Shown: positions 47,608-59,054 of the stretch, piece by piece
Layout of the letters: each line of letters starts with the position of its first letter
How positions within the stretch are numbered: position 1 is the stretch's first letter
Source: Squalus acanthias
Lineage: Eukaryota
Direction of reading: 5' to 3'
Assembly: GCA_030390025.1 (NCBI GenBank)
Contig: CM059432.1
Location: 79,052,001-79,116,000, forward strand
DNA: 64,000 nucleotides
Notes under the pieces: model-generated
Told to the model about the DNA's origin: nothing
The model's database searches: none
The model's input: the letters and a program-made list of their open reading frames with translations, nothing else
Program-made: the position numbers and the translations under genes

Positions 47608-48316
47608 GGCCCAGATATTCCGATCCCTACGGGTGGGTACGTGCTGTGTACCCACCCGTAGGAACATTGGAGATGCCGGTTTCAGGCATGCACAGCGCAT
47701 GCGCTGAAAACCGGCATTTCCGATCTGTCAAGAATGGTCTTGACAAATCCTCCGGCTGCCCTGGAGAAGGGCCTCTGCGGGCGGATAGTTCCGCTTTTTG
47801 GAGACCCTCCGCCCGCAGAAAACCCTTACAATTCTTACGCCTGGTAAAAGCAGGCGTAAGGCCTGCTTTTACCAGGATAAGAGTTGAAAAAAAGTAAAAA
47901 AAAAATTTTTGCTGATTTATCATTTAAAAATACTTTTTAAAAAGTTTATTTTTAGCCCCGTAAAAAACTTTATTTTTTTCAAAAAATTAAATTTTTGTTT
48001 AAAATACTTAATTTATTGTAATTTCAAGTCATTTTAAAAATGTGATTCTTTAAAACATTTATTTAAAGTTTTACTATGTTTTTGGGGTGATCTCCATTCA
48101 TATATTTGACTGTGATTGGCTCCCCATGGCCCACGTGATCCCAGGGACGCTGCAAAATACATGCGCCCCTGGGATACGTCGGCCCTGCACACTTCAAGTT
48201 TGGAGAGGCCCAGGAGCGGAAGCGTGCGCGTCCCGGGAGCCCTCAGGTAAGGGCGTAGATATTTCCAGATCGCAGGCCTCCGCCCGCGGGAGGCCTGCGA
48301 TCGGAAAATTCGGGCC
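47608..48316. mobile_element. Non-autonomous PIF/Harbinger-superfamily element (709 bp)
   Basis: TIRs are ggcccagatattccgatc and gatcggaaaattcgggcc. A 3-bp AAT flanks both sides (47605-47607, 48317-48319). The arms are GC-rich and palindromic around an AT-rich core. Confidence 0.82.
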
Positions 48317-49104
48317 AATATTAAAATTAGCTGCATTACAGAATGCTGCAATGCAGTATGCAAAGTATGCATATGCAGTGTACTATCGATACTATTTCCA
48401 CAGTGCTTGAAAATGAAAATGAAAATTATGTAGTAATGAATGATTGAGCAAGTGCATTGTAATCAAACTAGCAATATGTGAATGTATTCATGAAGGCAAC
48501 AAAGGTCAAGTATGTCAATCAATGTTTCTTAAGTTTGGCATGGGACCACACAATACATTAAATTATTTACGAATCAAAGAATTTCACTTTTATCAGATAG
48601 GTGCAACTGATAGTTTTGCTGCCCTGTGAGTTGATAATTAATGTACCTAACAATAAATAAATTGCAGTACCATTGATATTGTGCACTCATTTAATACACA
48701 TATACAAATATGCACACAAGATTAGACGAACAGTAGAACTACCTGTGGCTTTTTCATGTAAATACCTTGCTCCGTTCAACAAAACTCTATCTACCTATCT
48801 TCAAAATTATCTCACTGTTTTTTGGAAGGATCAACTTTTTTTTCTATTAAATATATAATTTAATGCTGACAATACCCAGCCTTACCTCTCTACCACCACT
48901 ACACTGAACTCCAAGACTGTTCCTGTGCTACAGCTAATTAACTCTGACATCGTGTTGTGGTAACCAGAATTTTCTCCAACTCAATAATGACAAAACCAAA
49001 TCCATCCCCCCGGCTCCTGCCAAAAACTTCTACTTTAACACCCCTTCCCAACTGCTCACGCAGACTGAATCCAAAAGCTGCAGGTTCTCCGTGTCCTGTA
49101 TCAC

Positions 49105-52100
49105 CCTGCGCTTCACAACAATTTTCTCACTGAGATATCTTCTCTGCTTTCCTCCCTCTGCACCGAGTGACTTCTCATCCTTGGTGATTTCAACCTCCAC
49201 CTCAACTCCTCTTGTTCTCTCTCCTCTGAGTTCACTGCACTCCTTTTCTCCCTTAATCTCTCCCTCCATATAAACTCTCCTTACCCTTATACACGGCCAC
49301 CCCCTCGATCTTGTCATCTCATGTGGCCTCGCTACCCCCACCGTAACTATCACTGATATGGCAATTTTTGATCATTTCCTTATATTGCTCTCTACCAATA
49401 TTCCCCTTTCCCCTCCCAACCCCACTTCTTTCTGTGTCCACCCCTGGAAAAAACTTTCCCTAAAGTCCGTTATTACTGCACTTTCAAATTCCCAACTATC
49501 TAGCCTTTGGCCTACAATTCTTCATGATATTTCTGCAGTTCCTGATTTGCTAAATCATACCCTCTCCACCACCTTTGATGCCCTTGACCCCAATAAAACC
49601 ATTACACGCTCTTACCCTAGTTGTTCCCTCGGTATACCCCTCATCTCCCCTCCCTTAAGTCCAAGGGACGCAGACTTGAACGTCTTTGGCGGACAACTGG
49701 TTTGACCATCCATCACCAGATATGGCTGGATCATAAAAAGCATTATCGGGTCCTGCTCTCCATCGCTAATACTGCCCATTATTCTAAGATCATCTTCTCC
49801 ACCACTAACCGTCTTCTCAAACCATCCTCCCCTGCCTCAACCTCCCTCACCTCCAACAATAAATGCGAGGAGCTCAAGGACTTCTTTATTAAAAAGATCG
49901 AGAACATCCGTTCAACTGCCTCTGCCACTTCCCTCCCTTTCCCTAGCCCACCAGGCCTAACTTCCTTTTAGTTTCCCCCCTGCCCCAAGCCTGAATTTGC
50001 ACATTTCTCTAGTTTCTCTCCTATCTCCCCTCAGGCCCTCTCAAAGCTCATCTTGTCAATGAGACCCACCTCCTGCTCTCTCGATCCTATTCCTACTAAA
50101 TTGCTGACCACCCAACTTCTCTTCCTAGCTCTTATTAGCTGATATTGTTAACAGTACTCTTTCCTCTGGTACTGTCCCCCTCTCCTTTAAATCTGCCGTC
50201 ATCACCCCTCTCCTCAAAAAACCAACCCTTGACGCCTCGGTCTTTGCAAACGATCGTACCATTTCGAACCTCCCTTTCCTCTCCAAAGTCCTTGAACGTG
50301 TTGTCGTCTCCTAAATCCGTGCCCATCTTTCCCGGAACTCCATGTTTGAATCCCTCCAATCAAGTTTCCACACCCACCACAGTACCGAAAAGGCTCTTAC
50401 CAAGGTCACAAATAATATCCTAATTGACTGCGACAAAGGTAAACTACCCCCCCCTCATCCTTCTCGACCTGTCTGCAGTCTTTGACACAGTTGACCACAA
50501 AATTCTACTCCAACACCTCTCCACCGTCATCCAGCTGGCTGGGACAGCACTCGTCTGGTTCCATTCCTATCTTTCCAGCATAGCCATAAAATCACCTGCA
50601 ATGGCTTCTCTTCCTGCTCCCACACCATCACCTCTGGTGTTCCCCATGGATTTATCCTTGGTCCCCTCCTATTTCTCATCTACATGCTGCCCCTGGTGAC
50701 ATCATCCAGCAACACAAGGTGAATTTTCACATGTACACGGATGATACCCAGCTCTACCTCTCCTCCACCTCTCTTGAACACTCCACTGTTTCTATATTGT
50801 CAGACTTTTTTTTAATTCATTCATGGGATGTGGGCATCGCAGGCAAGGCCAGCATTTATTGCCCTTGAGAAGGTGGTGGTGAGCCGCCTTCCTGAACCGC
50901 TGCAGTCCATGTGGTGAAGGTACTCCCACAGTGCTGTTAGGAAGGGAGTTCCAGGATTTTGACCCAACGACGATGAAGGAATGGCGATATATTTCCAAGT
51001 CAGGATGGTGTGTGACTTGGACGAGAACTTGGAGGTGACAGTGTTCCCATGCGCCTGCTGCCCTTGTCCTTCTAGGTGGTAGAGATCGCGGGTTTGGGAG
51101 GTGCTGTTGAAGAAGCCTTGGCGAGTTGCTGCAGTGCATCTTGTAGATGGTACACACTGCAGCCACGGAACGCCGGTGGTGGAGGGAGTGAATGTTTAAA
51201 GTGGTGGATGGGGTGCCAATCAAGTGGGCTGCCTTGTCATGGATGGTGTTGAGCTTCTTGAGTGTTGTTGGAGCTGCACTCATCCAGGCAAGTGGAGAGT
51301 ATTCCATCACACTCCTTACTTGTGCCTTGTAGATGATAGAAAGGCTTTGGGGAGTCAGGAGGTGAGACACTCGCCGCAGAATACCCAGCCTTTGACCTGC
51401 TCTTGTAGCCACAGTATTTATGTGGCTGGTCCAGTTAAGTTTCCGGTCAATGGTGACCCACAGGATGTTGATGGTGGAGGATTCGGCGATGGTAATGCCG
51501 TTGAATGTCAAGGGGCAGTGGTTAGACTCTCTCTTGTTGGAAATAGTCGTTGCCTGGCACTTGTGTGGCACGAATGTTACTTGCCACTTATCAGCCCAAG
51601 CCTGAATGTCATCCAGGTCTTGCTGCATGTGGGCATGGACTGCTTCATTTTCTGAATACTTGCGAATGGAACTGAACACTATGCAATCATCAGCAAACAT
51701 CCCCACTTTTCACCTCATGATGGAGTGAACATTATTGATGAAGCAGCTGAAGATTTCTGGGCCTAGGACACTGCTCTGAGGAACTCCTGCAGCGATGTCC
51801 TCGGGCTGAGATGATTGGCCTCCAACAACCATCTGCCTTTGTGCTAGGTATGAGTCCAGGCAGTGGAGAGTTTTCCTCCTGATTTCCATTGACTTCAATT
51901 TTACTAGGGCTCCTTGATGCCACACTCCGTCAAATGCTGCCTTGATTCAAGGACAGTCACTCTCAGCTCACCTCTGGAATTCAGCTCTTTTGTCCATGTT
52001 TGGATCAAGGCTGCAATGAGGTCTGGAGCTGAGTGGTCCTGGCGGAACCCAAACTGAACATCGGTGAGCAGATTATTAGTGAGCAAGTGGTGCTTGATAG

Positions 52101-54258
52101 CACTGTCGACGACACCTTCCATCACTTTGCTGATGATTGAGGAGAGACTGATGGGGCGGTAATTGGCCGGATTGGATTTGTCCTGCTTTTTGTGGACAGG
52201 ACATACCTGGGCATTTTTCCACATTGTTGGGTAGATGCCAGTGTTGTAGCTGTACTGGAACAGCTTGGCTAGAGGCGCAGCTAGTTCTGGAGCACAAGTC
52301 TTCAGCACGACAGTAGGGATGTTGCCGGGGCCCATAGCCTTTGCTGTATCTGTTTCTTGATATCACGTGGAGTGACTCGAATTGGCTGAAGACCAGCTTC
52401 TGTGATGGTGCGGACCTCAGGTGGACACTGAGATGAATCATCCACTCGCCACTTCTGGCTGAAGAGAGTTGCAAACGCTTCAGCCTTGTCTTTTGCACTT
52501 GCATGCTGGGTTCCGTCATCATTGAGGATGGGAATATTCATGGAACCACCTCCTCCCGTTGGTTGTTTAATTGTCCACCACCATTCACGACTGGATCTGG
52601 TAGGACTGCAGAGCTTTGATCTGCTCCGTTGGTTGTGGGATTGCTTAGCTCTGTCTATAGCATGCTGCTTCCGCTGTTTAACATGCATGTAGTCCTGTGT
52701 TGGCTCCTCATTTTCAGATATGCCTGGTGCTGCTCCTGATATGCTTTTCTACACTCATTGAACTAGGTTGGTCCCATGGCTCGATGGTAATGGTAGAGTG
52801 AGGGATATGCTGGGCCATGAGGTTATAGATTGTGGTGGTGTACAATTCTGCTGCTTTTGGATGCCCAGCCTTGAGCTGCTAGATCTGTGCTGAATCTATC
52901 CCATTTAGCACAGTGGTAGTGCCACACAACACGATGGAGGGTGTCCTCAGTGTGAAGACGGGACTTTGTCTCCACAAGGACTGTGCGGTGGTCACTGCTA
53001 CCAATACTGTCATGGACAGATGCATCTGCGACAGCTAGATTAGTGAGGACAAGGTCAAGTAGGTTTTTCTCTCATGTTAGTTCTCTCACTACCTGCCGCA
53101 GCCCCAGTCTGGCAGCTATGTCCTTCAGGACTTGGCCAGCTCAGTCAGTAGTGGTGCTACCGAGCCACTCTTGGTGATGGACATTGAAGTCACCCACCCA
53201 GAGTACATCCTGTGCCCTTGCTACCTTCAGTGCTTCTTCCAAGTGGTGTTCAACATGAAGAGTACTGATGCATTAGCTGAGGGAGGGCGGTAGGTGGTAA
53301 TCAGCAGGAGGTTTCCTTGCCCATGCTTGACCTGAAGCCATGAGACTTCATGGGGTCCGGAGTCCAACATCCAGCACTGGATGAGCAGAAATTTCCTCCA
53401 ATTAAATATCGAGAAGACCGAAGCCATTGCCTGCGGTCCCCGCCACAAACTCCATTCCACTGCTACCAATTCCATCCCTCTCCCTGGCACCTGACTGAGG
53501 CTGTCCAAGTCTGTTCGCAACCTTGGTGTCATATTTGATCACGAGTTGAGCTTCCTACCTCACATCTACTCCATTACTAAGAATGCCCATTTCCACTTCC
53601 ATTACATCGCCTGTCTCCGCCCTTGCCTCAGCTTACCTACTGCTGAAACCCTCATCCATACTTTCGTTACCTCTAGACTTGACTATTCCAATGCATGCCT
53701 GGCTGGCCTCCCAAGTTTTACCCTCCATAAACTTGAGGTCATCCAAAACTCTGCCACCATGTCCTAACTTGCACCAAGTCTCGCTCACCCATCTCCCCTG
53801 TGCTCGCTGACCTATATTGGCTCCCGGTTAAGCAACGCCTCGATTTTAAAATGCTCATCCCTGTTTTCAAATCCCTCCATGGCCTCACCGCTTCCTGTAT
53901 CTCAGTAATCTCCTGCAGCCCTACAATCCCCCCCGAGATCTCTGCGCTCTGCCAATTCTGGTCTCTTGGAACATCCCCGATTTTAATCGCTCCACCATTG
54001 GCAGCTGTGCCTTCAGCTGCCGAGGTCCTAAGCTCTGGAATTCCCTCCCTAAACCTCTCCGCCTCGCCACTTCTCTTTCCTCCTTTAAGACGCTCCTTAA
54101 AACCTACCTCTTCGACCAAGCTTTTGGTCATCTGCCCCAACATCTCCTTATATGGCTCAGTGCCAAATTTTGTTTTTGAGAACGCTCCTGTGAAGCGCCC
54201 CGAGATGTTTTACTTCGTTAAAGGCGCTATATAAATGTAAATTATGTTGTCGTTGTTG
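49105..54258 (+). mobile_element. Long L2-like LINE (endonuclease C-terminus to 3' tail) split by a family C LINE
   Basis: cttggtgatttcaacctcca (GDFN), cacggccaccccctcgatctt (HGHPLDL) and RT motifs to ...ttgtcagact (50806). It resumes at gtccaacatccagc (~53362) and runs to the tail ggcgctatataaatg. Confidence 0.9.
50807..53361 (-). mobile_element. Family C LINE, longest copy (~2.55 kb), nested in L2
   Basis: Minus-strand ORF pieces from LLITTYRPPS (APE) through NYRPISLSSIISKVME, QFGFR and MFADD to the 3' end. Frameshifted. Confidence 0.9.
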
Positions 54259-54264
54259 TGCCGA

Positions 54265-56010
54265 GTTTCAAATCCTACATCCAGCCCATCACTGGGATTG
54301 CCTATTTCCACCTCTAATATTGACCCCTTCTGTTCCTACTACCTTAGTTCACTGCTACTGAAACTCTCACCCATGCTTTCAAAAGTGCCATCATCACCCT
54401 CTTGAAATACCCATCAGTCCATGTAAATTACCACCCCATCTCCAACCTCCCTTTTTCTCCATAGTCTTTGAACATGTTATTGCCTCCCAAATCTATGCCT
54501 ATCTTTCCCACAACTCTCTCTTTGAATCTCTATCAGATTTCTGCACCTACCATAGCGGCAAAACAGCTCTAATCAAAGTCACAAATGACATCCTCTGTAA
54601 CTATGACTGTGGTGCATTATCCCTTTGTCTTCTCTGCAGCCTTTGATATGGTTGACCACACCACCCTCCTCCAGTGCCCAACTCGGTGGAACCACCCTCG
54701 CTTGTTTCCCCCTTACCTATCCAATCATAGCTAGAGCATCTCCAACAATGGTTTTTCTTCCCACCCCAACACCATTAGCTCTGGAGTCCTTCCAAGCATC
54801 TTCCTCATCTAGATGCTGCTATTTGGTGACATAATTTGCCAACATGGAGTCAGCTTCTGTAAGTACACTGATGATAACCAGCTCCACCTCTCCACCATCT
54901 CTCTCGACCCCTCAACAGCCTCTGTGTTGTCAGACTGCTTGTCCAACATACAGTCTTGGATAAGCCACAATTTCCTCCAGTTGAACATTGGGAAGACCAA
55001 AGCCATTGTCTTAGGCCCCCACCACAAACGCCGTACCCTTGCCATTTATTCCATCCCCTTCTCGAGCACCATCTCAGGCTGAATTAGGCGGTCTCCATAT
55101 TTGGCGTGCTAATCCGACCTCTCTCACAAAGACTCCCTACTTCTACCTCCATAACACTGCCTGCCTCTGCTCCTGTTTCATCCTATCATCTATTGAAACC
55201 CTCACCCAAGCCTTTGTCACCTCCGGGCTCGACTATTGCAATGCTCTTCTGGCCCGCCTCCCATCCTCCGTAAACTTCAGTTCATCCAAAAATCTGATGC
55301 CCGTAATCTATCCCACACCAAGTCCCTCGCACCCATCACTCCTGTCCTGCTGACTTATACTGGTTCCCGGTCCCCCGACACCTCAAATTTAAAACACTCA
55401 TCTTCATGTTTAATAAGCCTTGCACCTCCCATCTCTGTAATCTTCTCCAGGACAACAACCCTCCCCCCAAATTCTCTGTTCCTCGGACACTGGCCTGTTG
55501 TGCATCCCCTCCTCCATTTTAAGATAATTGACAAAAGAACCAGTGGGGAGATGAGGAGAGATTTTCCTTTAATGCAAGTTATATATGATCTAAAATGCAC
55601 TGCCTGAAAGGGAGGAGGATGCAAATTCAATAGGAACTTTCAAAAGAGAATTGGATATATACTTGAAAAGGAAAAATTTGCAGGACTATGGGGATAGAGC
55701 AGGGGAGTGGGACTAATCGCATAGTTCTTTCCAAGAGCCAGCACAGGCACAATAGCTGAACAGCCTCCTACTGTGCTGCCTGATTCAACCCATCATTGGT
55801 GGCTGTCCCTTCATACTGAATTCCCTCCCTAAGGCCTCGCTCTCCTCCTTGAATACTCTCCTTAAACACCATTATGCCCAATAATTCTGCCACCTTTTAA
55901 TATTTCCTTCTTTAGCTCAGCATCCATTTCTTTGATTATGCCTCTGTGAAGTACTTTGGGACATTTTCTACGTTAAAGACACTGTATAAATGTAAGATGC
56001 TGTTGTTTTA
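54265..56010 (+). mobile_element. Older L2-like fragments with an inserted CR1 3' end (~55515-55787)
   Basis: KYTDDNQLHL...NFLQLNIGKTKAI and AFVTSGLDYCNALL; CR1 ttttaagataattgacaaaagaacc...gcctcctactgtgctg; L2 tail tgtgaagtactttgggac...ataaatgtaagatgctgttg. Confidence 0.78.
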
Positions 56011-56397
56011 TCACCTCCAGGCTTGATTTCTTTATTTTTTCATTAGTCTTCTGAGTTCCATCCCACACAAACCTAACTCATCCAGAACTTTGCCACCTAC
56101 ATCCTTTCCCATAATTTGGCCATCTCACTCATAACCCCTGTCTTTATCCATTGGCTTCCTTATGGAAAGCATAATTAAAACACAAATTTAATCCCTGTAA
56201 TTCCTTTTCTTGGGGAAAGCAGAAAGAGGAAACACGAGCAGGTGCACGCACACACAGATAGGCCAACAGGTCCAAACAGGGAATATAAGGTGACCACAAA
56301 TAAAATGTGGCAGAAAGGCCTCTCACAACTTTGTCTCCCAGTCTCATCTCTGGTCACATTTTGTAACAAGAGACATTATAACTGCAGAATTAGGTTC

Positions 56398-56520
56398 CAT
56401 AATGGCCCAGTGGGTAAAAGCACTTGATGGTGTTGCACTGAGACAGAGGGGCCAGCAAGATCCCAAGTTCAATGCCTGGTTTGCGCTAAATTAACCAATC
56501 TCAGCTGGGGGTTTGGCATT
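56398..56520 (+). mobile_element. Degenerate tRNA-derived SINE head (different family)
   Basis: A-box-like TGGCCCAGTGG and B-box-like AAGTTCAATGCC with extended spacing. Confidence 0.45.
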
Positions 56521-56569
56521 GCACAACTAGGTTCACCCACTTTGACCCAAGGAAGGTACAGGGTAATAT

Positions 56570-57472
56570 ATTTTTTTTTAATTCATTCGTGGGATCTGGG
56601 CGTCGCTGGCAACGCCAGCATTTATTGCCCATCCCTAGTTGCCCTTGAGAAGGTGGTGGTGAGCTGCATTCTTGAACCGCTGCAGTCCATGTGGTGAAGG
56701 TACTCCCACAGTGCTGTTAGGGAGGGAGTTCCAGGATTTTGACCCAGCGACGATGAAGGAACGGCGATATACTTCCAAGTCAGGATGGTGTGTGACTTGG
56801 AGGGGAACTTGGAGATGGTGGTGTTCCCATGCGCCTGCTGCCCTTGTCCTTCTAGGTGGAAGAGGTCGCGGGTTTGGGAGGTGCTGCCGAAGAAGCCTTG
56901 GCGAGTTGCTGCAGTGCATCTTGTAGATGGTACACACTGCAGCTACGGTACGCCAGTGGTGGAGGGAGTGAATGTTTAAGGTAGTCGATGGGGTGCCAAT
57001 CAAGCGGGCTGCTTTGTCCTGGATGGTGTTGAGTTTCCGGAGTGTTGTTGGAGCTGCACTCATCCAGGCAAGTGGAGAGTATTCCATCACACTCCTTACT
57101 TGTGCCTTGTAGATGGTGGAAAGGCTTTGGGGAGTCAGGTGGTGAGTCACTCGCTGCAGAATATCTAGCCTCTGACCTGCTCTTGTTGCCACAGTATTTA
57201 CGTGGCTGGTCCAGTTAAGTTTCTGGTCAATGGTGACCCCCAGGATGTTGATGGTGGGGGATTTGGCGATGGTAATGCCGTTGAATGTCAAAGGGCAGTG
57301 GTTAGACTCTCGCTTGTTGGAGATAGTCTTTGCCTGGCACTAATGTTACCTGCCACTTATCAGCCCAAGCCTGAATGTCGTCCAGGTCTTGTTGCATGTG
57401 GGCATGGACTGCTTCATTATCTGAGGAGTTGCGAATGGCACTGAACACTGTGCAGTCATCGGCGAACATCCC
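56570..57472 (-). mobile_element. Family C LINE 3' fragment
   Basis: 218-aa ORF TFNGITIAKSPTINILGVTIDQKLNW...HHHLLKGN, with tail gaatgaattaaaaaaaa. Confidence 0.9.
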
Positions 57473-59054
57473 TATTTAGACAGCATTTCTACTCCGGACC
57501 ACTATCCATATACCTGCTGGAACTGCACATGTATAGAAAAGGTGAGAACCAAGAATGGTCTCAACTGAGATGGTCTGTGTGGTTAAATAGCCCAGTAATA
57601 CAAACACATAGCTGGCTGGGGAACTACTTGGGAAACTGCCGTTCCCTGTAGAACAGAATGTAGCCACCTTAATAGACAGAGAAGTAATGGCAGAAACTGT
57701 TGTTGGGAGCAGAAGAAAATACAACTCCAGTATTACCAGGCTAAAAACATTAATTATAATGTGCCAGGCCATTGATATTCAATTTTCACAGAAAAAACAG
57801 AATTCTAGAATATGGTGTACAAAATATGGGTAAATATTCCAGATACTAATGCAATAATACTTGTTCAGTCACTATAAACCCTAATAATATTCCTAGATTT
57901 AGTGGCACTGTAATAATACAGAAGTTTGAACTTTGGAACATGGCCTATACAAAACTGTAGAGGTTCAAGCCTTCAGCTTACGGGTGTGGCATGTAAAACC
58001 CAATCAGTTTTCGAACAGGCTCTTCAACACTCCACTAATGTTATTCAGCTCTAAATATAGTATTTACAAAGCATGCTAATGACATCTAGTGGCAGGAAGT
58101 CACTAAATCAGTTTATTTTAAAAGTTAAACGCATCTCAATAAATCAAAAATCAATTTTTATTCAATTACTAAAGTTGTACCCCACTGCTTACACAAAATT
58201 AATTTTACCCCAAAAGCTACCCACTGATCAGCATTATAATTTCGACAAAGAAAGAATTTTTAAAAATCTTCAAAAGAAACAAGGTCCACTTACATTAATC
58301 ATGACTCCTGAAAATTTAGATGATTGGATGTACTCATTATCAAACGATGGTAATATTTGTTAATCCATATACAGAAATGTATTTTTGCTAATCACATTTG
58401 AATTTATGTGATATGTGTAACAATCAAACACAGACAGCATAAACGTATTAAGCTCTAGAACATAAAAGTTAATATATCTCTTGTCTTGTCAACACACATC
58501 TAGTGTCAATATTTTTCATAAGACCAAATTGTTACAGTACCATGATGCAGTCTATTCTACTGTCCCAATGCTTTTCACATCACATAGCCATTAGATCAAA
58601 CAACAGCTGGGTGGAGTGACTTGTGGGCTTCAACACATCATGGTACTGATTACATCAACTGCTCTAGCTTCACTCTTGCTGCTTATGACATCATCAGAAC
58701 CCCCCCACCACCTCTCACACACACGCATTGTGTTGCAGCCTTGCAGCACAGTCTATGCCAACTCTTAAAATTAATGTGGATTGTAAATGCACCAGTACCT
58801 GTTTCAGGATATTGGTATCGTAAAGCAAAGGGACCGAATGAGGCAATCATGAAATGTTAACCTTCCATTATCTTTCGCTTACAGGTGTTGATTAAACTAG
58901 TACACATTTACAGCATTTTCTGCTTTTACTTCAGATTTCCACCTTTAGGTTTTTTTTGTTCTTTTTATACCTACTAGTTGTGTGATGCTATCATAATAAT
59001 ATGCCTAGTTAAATGAACTTTAATGAACAAAAATAAGATAACGTAACTTCTCAC

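Noticed and set aside
329..57444. Numerous 60-150 aa ORFs antisense or off-frame to LINE/Penelope copies
   Set aside because: They are shadow ORFs that recur with each repeat copy and have no independent support.
59020..59054. C-terminal EKLRYLIFVH* of the 880-aa ORF as a real protein end
   Set aside because: It is read-through past a canonical donor (G|GTGAGA), and exons 2 and 3 continue the VCPIP1 sequence in frame.
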